The translations under genes were made by a program, and so were the position numbers. Shown in pieces: positions 37,437 through 49,977 of a stretch of DNA of 60,000 nucleotides; within the stretch, counting starts at the first letter, position 1; every line of letters begins with the position of its first letter. The notes below the pieces were generated by a model. The model made no database searches. It was not told the origin of the DNA and worked only from the letters and a program-made list of their open reading frames with translations. This DNA comes from Mobula hypostoma. Its lineage: Eukaryota. The stretch lies in contig NC_086097.1 of the NCBI RefSeq assembly GCF_963921235.1, positions 144,958,001 through 145,018,000 on the forward strand, written 5' to 3'.

Positions 37437-39110
37437 TTCAGAATCAGAATCAGGTTTAATATCACTAACATATGTTATGAAATTTGTTGTTTTGCAACAG
37501 CAGTACATCGTAATACATAATAATGGAAAACTATAAATTACAATAATAAACAAATAAATAAATAAATATCTGTATATAAATTAGCGCAAAAAAAGAGTGA
37601 AAAAAATACTGAGGTAGTGCTCATGGGTTCATTGTCCATTCAGAAATCTGAAGGCAGAGGATAAGAAGCTGTTCCTGAAGCACCCAGTGGATGTCTTCAG
37701 ACTCCTGTATCTCCTACTTGATGCTCGCAATGAGAGGAGGACATGTCCTGGATGGTAGGGGTCTAAATGATGGATGTGGTCTTTTGAGGCATTGTCTTTT
37801 GAAGATGTCTCAATGCTAGCAGCAGGGGGGAGGGGCCAGGTGCTAGTGCTCATGATAAAGTTGAGTTTACAATTTTTTGCAGCTTTTTCCAATCCTGTAC
37901 AGTGGCCTCTCCTTACAGACAATGATGGATCAAGTTACAATGCTCTCCATGGTACATCTGTAGAAATTTGCAAGTCCTTGGTGACATAACAAATCTCCTC
38001 AAACTCCTAATGAAATATTGCCCCTGTCGTGCCTTCTTTGCTACTGCATCAATATGTTGGGCCCAGAAGAGATCTTCAGAGATGTTGACTCCCAGGAACT
38101 TGAACCTGCTCGCCTTTCCACAGCCTTCGATGAGGACTGGAGTGTGTTTCCTCGATTTCCCCTTCCTGAAGTCCACAATCAGTTCTGAGGTCTTACATTG
38201 AGTGCAAGGTTGCTGTCACAACATCACTCAGCCAGTTGATCTATCTCACTCCCGTACACCTCCTTATCACCACCTGAAATTCTGCCCATAATAGTTGTAT
38301 CATCAGCAAATTTATAAATGGTGTATGAACTGTAACTGGCCTCGCCAACATGGGTGTAGAGAGAGTGGAGCGGTGGGCTAAGCATATATCCTTGAGGTGC
38401 ACTGGTGTTAATTGTCAGCGAGGAGATGGTATTTCCAATCCATACTGACAGTGGTCTCACCATGAGGAAGTCAAGGATCCAGTTGCAGAAGGAAGTAGAG
38501 GCCCAGGTTTTGCAGCTCGCTGATTAGTACTGAGGTATGAATGTATTAAACGCAGAGCTGTAATCAATAACCAGCAGCCTGATGTAGGCATTGCTGTTGT
38601 CTAGGTGATCCAAAGCCAAATGGAGAGTCAATGAGATTGCATCCGCTGTGGACCTATTGAGGTGATAGGCAAATTGCAGCAGGCCCTGGTCCATGCTTAG
38701 GTAGGAGTTGATTCTAGCCATGAGCAACCTCTCAAACCACTTAATCACAGTAGACTGAGCTCAACTGGGTGATAGTCATTGAGGCTGCTCACCCTGTGCT
38801 GCTTGGGCACTGGTATGATTATCACCCTTCTGAGGAAGGTGGGAAACTCTGACTGCAACAGGGAGAGTTTGAAGATGTCCTAGACTTCTTCCGCCAGTTG
38901 GTTAGCACAGGTTTTCGGAGCCCTGCCAGGTACATCATCAGCACCTGACGCCTTCTGAGGGTTCACCCCCTTGAAAGATTTTCTGACATCGGCCTCTGAG
39001 ACAGAGATCTCAGGATCTCCAGATGCTGCAGGGATTTGCACAGGTGTAGTTCTATTCTCCCTTTCAAAGAGTGAGCTCTTCAAAGGCTTTGAGCTCCTCG
39101 GGGGTGAAGC
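37437..39110 (-). mobile_element. Rex1/Babar LINE RT region, decayed
   Basis: [51 protein letters not shown]; (GATTCT)n tail. Confidence 0.9.
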
Positions 39111-39499
39111 ATTACAGCTTGGTGTTCTTTTGTTGAAGTTTTATACAACTGCAACAAAACATTATCAATCTCAGACTTAAATGGTTCTTTTGCCATATCA
39201 CCCACAGTCTCTTGAAGAGCAAATTCGAAATTGCTGCTGCTGGTTTTCGTGTGAATATTGTGATTTGCAGTGAAACAATATACACAAGTCGAACAAGCAG
39301 TTACAGGTTAATCAAGAAGTGATATGAATAAACATAAGAAAAGGATTATATCAAAAGCCAAATGTTGTGACCACTGAAAACCTGTACTGGATGCTGGAAA
39401 GACTACTGGCCAAACAGAACCTGGAAGAGGGAAACAAAGAAAAACTTTTCAATTTTTATGTGTGCCATTTCTAGAAGGGCATACAAATGTACATTCTTA

Positions 39500-40711
39500 A
39501 TACCATGGAGTTGATATACCATGAGGTAATATAGCATGGAGTGAATATAGCATAGAGTGAATGTACCATGGAGTGACTATACCATGAAGTGATATACCAT
39601 GGAGTGAATATACCATGGAGTGAATGTACCAAGGAGTGAATATACAATACAGTGAATATACCATGGAATGAATATACCATAGAATGAATGTACCACAGAG
39701 TGAATATACCATGAAGTGATATACCATGGAGTGAACATACTATGGATTAAATATACCATGAGGTGATATAGCATGGAGTGAATGTACCATAGAGTGAATA
39801 TACCATGAAGTGATATACCATGGAGTGACATACTGTGGAGTGAATATACTATGGAGTAAATACACCATGGAGTGAATGTACCAAGGAGTGAATATACCAT
39901 AGAGTGAATGTAACATGGAGTGAATGTATCATGAAGTGATATACCATGAAGTGAATATACCATGGAGTGAATACACCATGAAGTGATATGCTGTGGAGTG
40001 AATATACTATGGAGTAAATATACCATGGAGTGAATATACCATGGAATGAATATACCATGGAGTGATATAGCATGGAGTGAATGTATCATGAAGTGAATAT
40101 ACTATGGAGAGAATATACCATGGAGTGAACATACAATGGATTGATATAGCATGGAGTGAATGTACCATGGAGAGAATATACCATGGAGTAAATATACCAT
40201 GAAGTGAATATACCATGGAGTGAATATACCATGAAGTGAATATACCATGGAGTGATATACTGTGGAGAGAATATACCATGGAGTGAATATACCATGGAGT
40301 GATATAGCATGGAGTGATATACCATGGAGTGAATGTACCAAGGAGTGAATATACCATGAAGTGAATATACTACGGATTAAGTATACCATGAGGTGATATA
40401 GCATTGAGTGAATGTACCATGGAGTGAATATACCATGAAGTGAATATACCATGGAGTGATATAGCACGGAGTGATATACTGTGGAGTGAATATACCATGG
40501 AGTGAATAAACCATGGAGAGAATATACCATGGAGTGAATACCATGGAGTGAATATACCATGGAGTGATATACCATGAAGTGAATGTACCATGCAGTAAGT
40601 ATACCATGGAGTGATAATACTGTGGAGTGAATATACCATGGAGTGAATATACCGTGAGGTGATATAGCATGGCGTGAATGTACCATGGAGTGAATATACC
40701 ATGGAGTGATA
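39500..40711. repeat. Minisatellite, 15-16 bp unit, consensus ACCATGGAGTGAATAT, roughly 75 copies
   Basis: Directly visible tandem array; the 16-aa periodic peptides (3 units = 48 nt) confirm the period. Confidence 0.97.
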
Positions 40712-40714
40712 GTT

Positions 40715-40965
40715 TTTGGGGTGCCACAGGAGGGTAGTGTCTCAGAATAAGGAGTTTATTTCCAACACCGTCTGTATGTCCTCCCTGAAAATGCATGGGT
40801 TTCAACCGGGTGCTCTGGTTTCCTCCCACATTCTGAAGTACCGCTTAGTAGGTTAGCTGGTCATTATAAATTGTCCTGCAATTAAGCTAGGGTTAACTAG
40901 CTGGATTGATTTGCAAGGCAGCTCATTGGGCTGGAAGAGCCTGTGCCGTGCTGTTTCTCTAAATA
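40715..40965 (+). mobile_element. V-SINE/HE1-type SINE
   Basis: TGGGTTTCAACCGGGTGCTCTGGTTTCCTCCCACA V-domain. Confidence 0.7.
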
Positions 40966-42254
40966 GATATACACACAATCTAATAAGTGAATGTTCATTC
41001 TACTTTGTAGGTGTGAGTCACTGTGGGGGCTTTATGGCCTGTATATATCTGAGTGCTGTTTCTCTGCATATACAAGGCTGCACACTCCGAAACAACAGCG
41101 AACTCCACTGACTAAACAGGAGAACGGCCAGTGCTAACAACTTAACTGCTTTCAGAGAGGCTGCATGAACGGCAGAATATTTTCTGGATCAGAGACGAAC
41201 TGTACGCCATCTGGGTGATGTCATGTCAACAATGGAGCCAGATATCACCACGCTTGTCATTCTGGAAGGGTGGTTCAGACATTGTCAATGATTGTAAATC
41301 ACTTCCATTACTTCGAGGTTGCTCTTTCCAGACTTGTGGTATTGACACACATGATGAGTCTTCACTGGCAGAGAAACTGGTAATCCTTCATGAAGTTTAA
41401 TGTTTATTTTTCCCTGTTGTCCAACTATGCAATATGGATGAGATACAGCCAGAAAAAATGTCGGCTGTGGAATGAAATATGCTATGTACTACAAATTTGG
41501 ATCAAGAGCCAAGATCTATACTGCATGAACCACCAAGGTTGAAAAGCACAGAAGAGAAGCTAGGGTAGGAGCACAGAGACACTGGGGACCGTGTTTTCAA
41601 ATCCTGCAGCCTGGTTCTTCAATTTCTTTGTCAGTGGATCACAAGATAAAAGATACCAGAGAATTTTCATTAGCCCCACTTTCCTCTGGTCACATGCAGA
41701 TTGTAAAGCAATGATGAAACTATGGAGAAAGAAGCAGAGTTAATAATTTGGATCAATGACCTTTCATCAGAACCTGGAAAGGTTAGAAAACAACCAGGTA
41801 TTACGTCACAGAGAAGAGGTGGCGGAGTTGCATTCAGTTATCAAAACCACACCTGTGAGATGGTGGAGATGAAAGAAACATGTGGAAACCAGGATTTTCC
41901 ATCAGGTCTGCTCTCTTTCATGCAGCTGAATCATTAAGAAAAGGCTGGATTCTGTTAGTAATGAGAAAATCATCAGATAATCAAACAGTATAATTTATTT
42001 ATCGAAGAGAAATCATGTTTGAGAACTTTACTAGAATTCTTCGAATATATACCATGCAGGGTAGATAAAGAGGATGTACTGTATTTGCATTTACAGAAAC
42101 TATTCAATAGGGCACCATATTAAAGATAAGAGCATAGCCAATGGAAAGGCAGACATAGCTTGGATTAGGATCTAATTAATATATTGTCATGAATATGGAA
42201 GCAGCTGATTGGTACGAAAAAGAAAAAGGAAGTAAATAGATCATATTTAGATTG

Positions 42255-44910
42255 ACAGTCGATAACTGTGCTCTCAATCTCTTCAATGACTTTAAGTTCC
42301 TTGGCCCTGGTCACCTCATTTTCACTATGGATGTCCAGTACCTATACACTTCTATGCCCCATATGCAGGGCCTTAAAGCTCTCCACTTCTTTGCGGACGA
42401 TAGATCTAACCAGTTCCCCTCCACCACTACTCTCCTCCATTTGGTGGAATTGGTCCTCACCCTCAACAATTTCTCCTTTGGTTTCTCCACTTCCTTCAAA
42501 CCCAAGGTATAACCATGGGCACTCGCACGGGTCCCAGCTAGGCCTGCCTTTCCTTTGCTACGTGGAACAGTCCGTCTTCTAAGCTTACACTGGCATTGCT
42601 CCCGAACTGTTCCTACGCTACACTGACGACTGCATTGGTGCTGCTTCCTGCACCCATGCTGAGCTTGTCAATTTCATCAATTTTGCCTCTAACTTCCACC
42701 ACCCTGCTTTTAAATTTACTTGGTCCATTTCTGACACCACTTTTCACTTTCTCAATCTCTTTGTCTCTATCTCAGGAGACAATCTATCTACTGATATCTT
42801 TTATAAACCCACAGCTATCTTGATTATACCTCTTCCCACAGTGTCACTTGTAAAAATACCATTCCTTTTCCTGAGTTCCTCCATCTCCACTGCATCTGTT
42901 CTCAGAATGAAGCTTTTCATTCCAGAACAACTAAGCTGTTCTCCTTTTTCAAAGAAAGAGACTTTCTTTCCTCCACCATCAACGCTGCCCTTACCTGCAA
43001 CTCTTCCATTTAGCGCAACATTTGCTCTCACCCCATCCTCTCACAGCTAGGGTTTCTCTTGGCCTCTACCACTCCACAAGCTTCTGCATCCAGCACATAA
43101 TTCTCCATAACTTCCACCATCTCTAATAGGATCCCACCACCTAGTATATCCTTCCCACCCATCAACTTTCCACTTTCAGAGGGATCGCTCCCTATGTGAC
43201 TCCCTAGTCTACTCATCCCTCCCCACTGATCTCCCTTCTGGCACTTATCCTTGCAAGCGAAATAAGAGCCACACCTACCCCTACACCTCATCCTTCACTA
43301 CCACTCAGGGCCTCATACAGTCCTTTCAGGTGAGGCAACACTTCACCTGTGAGTCTGTTGGGGTATTCTACTGTATCCAGTGCTCCTGGTATGGCCTCCT
43401 GTATATCGATGAGACACAACGTAGATTGGGAGACTACTTCATCAAGCACTTTCGCTCCATCCACTACAAAAAGCAGTATTTCACAGTGGCCACCCAATTG
43501 AATTTTACTTCCCTTTCCCATTCTTACATGTCAGTTCATGGCCTCCTCTACTGCCATGAAAAGGTCACACTCAGGTAGGAGGAGCAACACCTTATGTTCT
43601 CTCTGGGTAGCCTCCAACCTGATGGGAGGAACATTGATTTCTCAAACTTCTGGTAATTAACCCCACCCCTTCTTTCACCATTTCTCGCTCTTGTTCCCTC
43701 TCAAACCTTCTCATCTTACCTACCCATCACCTCCCTCTACTGCTCCTCAACCCTTCCCTTTCTTTCATGGCCTTCTGTCCTCTCCTGCAGAAGTGGGCTG
43801 AGAAGTGGCAGATGGAGTTCAACCCGGAGAAGTGTGAGGTGGTACACTTTGGAAGGATAAACTCCAAGGCAGAGTACAAAGTAAGTGGCAGGATACTTGG
43901 TAGTGTGGAGGAGCAGAGGGATCTCAGGGTACATGTCCACAGATCCATGAAAGTTGCCTCACAGGTGGATAGGGTAGTTAAGAAAGCTTATGGAGTGTTA
44001 GCTTTCATAAGTTGAGGGATAGAGTTTAAGAGTCGCGATGTAATGATGCAGCTCTATAAAACTCTGGTTAGGCCACACTTGGAGTACTGTGTCCATTTCT
44101 GGTCACCTCACTATAGGAAGGATGTGGAAGCATTGGAAAGGGTACAGAGGAGATTTACCAGGATGCTGCCTGGTTTAGAAAGTATGCATTATGATCAGGG
44201 ATTAAGGGAGCTGGGGCTTTACTCTTTGGAGAGAAGGAGGATGAGAGGAGACATGATAGAGGTGTACAAGATAATAAGAGGAATAGATAGAGTGGATAGC
44301 CAGCACCTCTTCCCCAGGGCACCACTGCTCAATACAAGAGGACATGGCTTTAAGGTAAGGGGTGGGAAGTTCAGGGGGGATATTAGAGGAAGGTTTTTTA
44401 CTCAGAGAGTGGTTGGTGCGTGGAATACACTGCCTGAGTCAGTGGTGGAGGCAGATACACTAGTGAAGTTTAAGAGACTACTAGACAGGTATATGGAGGA
44501 ATTTAAGGTGGGGGCTTATATGGGAGGCAGGGTTTGAGGGTCAGCACAACATTGTGGGCTGAAGGGCCTGTATTGTGCTGTACTATTCTATGTCCTTTGT
44601 TCTATGTTTATAAAATTCCCCCTTCTCCAGTCCTTTACCTCTTCCATCAGTCTACTTCCCAGCTCCTTACTTCACCTCATCCCCCTCTCCCAGTCTCACC
44701 TATCACCGGCCACCTTGTACTTCTTCCTCCCCTCCCCCACCTTCTTATTCTGACCTCTTCTCCCTTCCTTTCCAGTCCTGATGAAGAGTTTTGGCCCAAA
44801 ATGTTGACTGTTTATTCCCATCCATAGATGCTGCCTGACCTGTTGAGTTCCTCCAGAACATTGTGTGTATTGCTCTAGATTTCCAGTATCTGCAGTACCT
44901 CTTGTGTCCG
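42255..44910 (+). mobile_element. Penelope-like element (RT C-terminus + GIY-YIG endonuclease), decayed, interrupted by CR1
   Basis: TMDVQYLYTSMPH, LVLTLNNFSF, LRYTDD, FTCESVGVFYCIQC..LYIDETQRRLGD..HFN; hammerhead remnant 44773-44810. Confidence 0.9.
43783..44607 (+). mobile_element. CR1 3' fragment, same subfamily as 7804-11392, nested in the Penelope-like element
   Basis: QKWAEKWQMEFNPEKCEVVHFG...GLESMHYDQ nearly identical to the copy at 7804-8625. Confidence 0.93.
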
Positions 44911-45057
44911 GTCAACAACAGTTAGCATACCACGGGGACCAGTAGAGCCTCAGCTACTTACAATCTGTATTAATGGCTTGGGTGATAGGTCGAACAGGCA
45001 GCTGGTTAGCAAGTTATGAGGACACAAAGAGTATACAAAGAGACATAGATAGGTAAT

Positions 45058-45697
45058 AGTTGGCATTCATTTCTAGAGGAATAGAGTATAGGAGCAGGGA
45101 TGTGTTGTTGAGGCTCTATAAGGTACTGGTAAAACCTCACTTGGAGTACTGTGGGCAGTTTTGGTCTCCTTATTTAAGAAAGGATATGTTGACGTTGGAG
45201 AGGGTACAGAGAAGATTCACTAGAATGATTCCAGGAATGAGAGGGTTAACATATGAGGAATGTTTGTCTGCTCTTGGACTGTATTCCTTGGAGTTTAGAA
45301 AAATGAGGGGAGACCTCATAGAAACATTTTGAATGTTGAAAGGCATGGACAGAGTGGATGTGGCAAAGTTGTTTCCCATGATGGGGAGTCTAGTACGAGA
45401 GGGCATGACTTAAGGATTGAAGGGCGCCTATTCAGAACAGAAATGCGAAGAAATTCTTTTAGTCAGAGTGTGGTGAATCTATGGAATTTGTTGCCACGGG
45501 CGGCAGTGGAGGCCAAGTCATTGGGTGTATTTAAGACGGAGATTGATAGGTATCTGAGTAGCCAGGGCATCAAAGGTTATGGTGACAAGGCAGGGGAGTG
45601 GGACTAAATGGAAGAATGGATCAGCTCATGTTAAAATGGGCGGAGCAGACTCGATGGGCCGAATGGCCGACTTCTGCTCCTTTGTCTTATGGTCTAA
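45058..45697 (+). mobile_element. CR1 3' fragment within an older CR1 remnant
   Basis: AFISRGIEYRS, PHLEYCGQFWSP, VVNLWNLLP; hairpin and TCTTATGG tail. Confidence 0.9.
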
Positions 45698-46462
45698 AGT
45701 AAATAGGCAAGAAGTTGGCAGGTGAAGTATAATGTAGAAAAATATAAGAGGATATGTGTTGCCTTCCCAAAAGGGCCAGCAAGCTTTTCACTTGTATCAA
45801 AACTGCTACCTAAATAAAATAAGCATCAGCCTTAGCACAGGATTTTGTCCACCTGGCAAAATATTCCTCACAATATCTAAGGAGTGGTGTTTAAATTAGG
45901 AGGGATTCCCAACAGACTACTGAAGGAACAACCTAACATGTTAGCATTCATAGAACCATACCTTCTTGATAATGCCTTCATTTCATTTATCACAGTCACT
46001 GGGTCCATCTTAATCCACCAGCGGACAAACCAGCCAGAGATCCTAGTAACTTCGTACACAGTCAGGAAGTTCTCACCATTGACTCAGACATCAGGTTGAA
46101 CATGGGCAAAGAACCCTCCCTCAGTTTCTTTGAGTGTCCTGGCAGAGCATGACGAACTTCATGATACTTTAAAGCTTTTGCATGTGAGAAATATGATACT
46201 ATCTAGGAAAAAGCAGCCAACTGGATTGATCTCTTCTCTCCTCCTCAACAGGTATATCATAACTGTATACAGAAGATACTGCAGATGCCGAAATCCAATC
46301 CTGATACAGGGTCTTAACCCAAAATATCGACATTTCATTTTCACCCACAGATTCTGCTCAACCCTGATCATTTCCTGCAGCAGTTGTTTTTTACATGATG
46401 ACTGTATTCTGCACCATCTACAAACTCCAGTGTGTTTACTCATCTGCTGTTACACATATTTC

Positions 46463-47975
46463 ATAGAGTCATAGAACACTACTGTGCAGAAATACGCCAC
46501 TCGGCCGATATAGTCCATGCTGAACCAGCCTCGTCCCATCGACCTGCTCCCAGACCATAGCCCTCCATATTCCGTACCTATCCAAATGTCTCTTAAACGT
46601 TGAAATTGAAATCGCATGCAAGCACTTGCACTGGCTGTTCACTATGCACTCTCACCACCCTCTGAGTGAAGAAGCTCCCCCTCATGTTCGCCTTAAGCAT
46701 TCCACCTTTCATCTTTAATCCATAACCTCAGGTTCTAATCTCACTCGACTTTAGTGAAAAAAACCTGCTTGAAATTACCCTATCTATACCCCTCATATTT
46801 TTGTATACCTCTATCAAATCTCCCCTCAATTTTCTACATTCTAGGAATAAAGTCACAAGTCAGAACCTTAGTACCACAACGCTCAACCGTTCAGCTCCTG
46901 ACTTTGTCATAGGCCTAACAGCATCTGTCTCCACAACCTCTCCACTATCTGTTCTGGCACTCTACTTCCAGGTCAGGTGCAAACCATCCCTTCTGTACAG
47001 ATCCCAACCTTCTTGAAGGAGAGCCCAATGCCTCATGTACCATCTCCTTAGCCACGAGTTAAACTATACGATCTTCCAATTTACAGCCTTATTAGCATGT
47101 GGCATGGGTAGCAATCCTGAGGTCACAGTACTGGAGGTCGTGTCCTTTAACTTAGCACCTAACTCCCTGAACTCACTTTGCAGGATCTCGTCAGCCCTCT
47201 AATCCATGTCATAGGTATTGACATTGGCGAACAACCTCTGGCTGCTCACACTCCCACTTAATAACGCTGCAGGCTCTTAAACATGAGAAAATCTGTAGAT
47301 GCTGAAGATCCAAAGATGCTTGAGGCCTGAAACATTGACTGTTTACTCCTTTCCATAGATGCTGCCTGGCCTGCAGAGTTCCTCCAACATTTTGTGGACT
47401 CAATCCATGACGTCCCAGACCCTGGCTCCTAGAAGGCAGCTTTCAGGAATCATGTTCTCATCCACAGAACTTCCTTTCTGGTCCCTTAACCAATGAATAT
47501 CCTATAGCTACAACTTGCCTCTTCTCCCCACTTCCCTTCTGAGCCATAGAGCCAAACTCACTGCCTGAGAACTGACCACTGTGGCTTTCCTCTTCTAGGT
47601 CAGTCCCCACCCCCCAACAGTACACAAAGCACCCAAAACCTGTTGTTGAGGGGAACAACCACAGGGGTACTCTGTACTCTGTACTCTGCACTGGCTGCCT
47701 ATCCCCTTTCCCTCCATACAGTCACCCAATTTCCTGTGTCCTGCACCTCGAGTGTAACGACCTCCCTGTATGTCCCGTCTATCAATCCCTCAGTCTCTCA
47801 AATGATCCAGAGTTCATTCAGTTCCAGCTTCAACTCATTAACAGAATTTGTTAGAAGCTTCAGCTGGATGCAGTTCTTGCAGGTGTAGTTATCAGGGATA
47901 CTAGAGGTCTCCCTGCCTTCCCACATCTCACAAGAGGAGCATTCCACTATCTTTCCCAGCATCCCCACCACTCTA
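46463..47975 (-). mobile_element. CR1 remnant (3' end joined to ORF1 region) with a small Penelope-like insert at ~47280-47400
   Basis: CR1 tail at 46463; VVAIGYSLVKG, QPEVV, DGLHL ORF1 remnants. Confidence 0.75.
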
Positions 47976-49084
47976 AATGTGCAATAAAAATAAAGAAAGA
48001 ATCAGTAATGAAAAAATCTACCTACAGTCTACACCTCACCTCACCACAGCCTCGATGAATCAAAGCCATTATCTATTGTGCTGTTGGCCAGAAAGAGCTA
48101 TACTGTACAGTCTACAGTGAGTTTGAATGAATCCTGGACAGTGGAAGCGGACAGACCAATTGCCTTTATTCCTGCCATGAGAGAGGTGATGGAGGCTACT
48201 ATTTTATGAAGCTCTCCATTTTGAGCTAAAGTTGCTTGGCTTGATCAATGATTTAAAGTCAACACAATGATGCATCAGATAATCTGCTGAGCTAGGGATC
48301 ATTTCCAAACAAGAAGTTATTTATGAGATGTTCTTAGGTTGGATATAACTTGCAGGTTTTTGTCTGTTGCAGTCTGAAACTGTTTTACGTGATTCAAGCT
48401 GGTTGCTGATTGAGAGCAAAGAGCCATATATTACTAATTGTCACTTGCTGGAAAGAGGGCAATAAATGGATGCTTGCCTGGAGCAGAGCCAATAAAAAGG
48501 TGTTAAAGGTCAGAGACATGACCTACAACCGATGACAGTGGAATGCAACATCTGAATTGGTAAGAAATGAATATAAAACAGACGCTTCAAGTTTGCTGGC
48601 GGCGGTAACTCTGTGGGAGATCAACTATTGCAGATGTGAGGTGCCCCAAGGACGTGGAGATTCAAAATGGGACTACAAGAAACACAAGGCCAGCAGTAGA
48701 AATTTCCTTTTAAATGGTATTATATTTTCTGTTTTTTGACTGTTCATGGAAGGTCAGGAAAGCTTAAGAGCTGTGCACACAGGCATTGGTTGTGCAAGTT
48801 CATATGTTCTTTTGTTGGGGCAATAAAGGTACTTGTAAGTAAATACAGATTCTCTCTGATTATTATTACAAGGGGTGATTCTTGTAACGGGGCACTATTG
48901 TTATATAAGATGTCTTGTATAACAATAATACACCTTTTTAAGAGAGTAGAATTTGCTGCTATAAATATTCCGGTGTAGAATGTACTGCAAACTTGTTACC
49001 ATGTCTTGAAGTTAAGAGATGATCCCAGAAGTTCAGATGGAAGACTCAAAAGATTCATAGAGCCATAGAGGAAACAGACATCTC

Positions 49085-49440
49085 CGAGGATCATCACCTT
49101 GTCATGGTTTGTAAGTTCTCGAGATCTCGAGAGTCATGCTGTTTCGCATTTAACTTTCAGGTGCTTAGCTCGTGGTACGGTCACCCATGGCGGTAAGGTC
49201 AATGGGGTAGAGGAGGGTTCCAAACAAAGAGTGATCCAAGCAAGACCTCAAAGGTGGAGCTGATGGCGTATGACAACAGCAGAGACGTCAGAGGAAGGCT
49301 GCAGCACTGAAGGGTCCCCAGTTGTCTTGCACTCCATGCCAAGTGGACCCTGATCCTGATCTGTCAAGGACAGTGTGGTGGCTGCCCACATTAAATGAAG
49401 TCACAAACAAGCATTCTGTATTAAGGGAATCCACCCTAAC
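49085..49440 (+). mobile_element. RTE (Expander/BovB-like) 5' UTR-derived fragment
   Basis: GGATCATCACCTTGTCATGG...GGTCACCCATGGC...CAAAGAGTGATCC resembles RTE-clade 5' ends from memory. Confidence 0.5.
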
Positions 49441-49732
49441 ACCTCAGTGAATCCTAGATCAGTCTCTACAGCCACCTAAGGAACCATCAATAGACAACCC
49501 CTTTGGATAACAAATAACATCATACTCAACTTGGGGTATCACACAGGAAACAAGCTCTTTGATCCAACTTGTTCATGCTGGACATGGTGTCTATCTGAAA
49601 CTAATCCTATTTGTTTGCATTTTGCAAATATCTATCCAAGCCTTTTCTATCTACAAACTTGTCTAAAGATCTTTAAACATTATAACTGTACCTGGAACTA
49701 TGGCTTTTTCTGGTGGCTCATTCCCTATACCA

Positions 49733-49950
49733 TGTGACTGTGGGAATTTCCTCCGGGTGCTTCAGCTTCTTTCCAAATTCCAAAGATGTACAGGTTAGGG
49801 GTAGTAAGTAATCAGTCTGCAGTGTTGATGCCAAAAGTATGGCGACACCTGGGGGATTCCCCAGCACATCCTCGGACTTTATTGGGTCATTGACACAAAT
49901 GACACATTTCACTGTATGTTGTTCATGTGCAAAATGAAGCTAATCTTTAG
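49733..49950 (+). mobile_element. V-SINE/HE1-type SINE fragment
   Basis: TTTCCTCCGGGTGCTTCAGCTTCTTTCCAAATTCCAAAGATGT. Confidence 0.6.
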
Positions 49951-49977
49951 TCCTTTCTTTGAAAAAGACTGTGACTG

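Noticed and set aside
39500..40711. CRISPR-like array, or repetitive His/Trp-rich proteins from the overlapping ORFs
   Set aside because: Units are contiguous with no unique spacers and no cas genes; the ORFs arise because the unit lacks stops on the minus strand
41147..41400. Open frame after a TTTCAG acceptor-like site
   Set aside because: Weak pyrimidine tract, no convincing donor and no recognisable protein similarity
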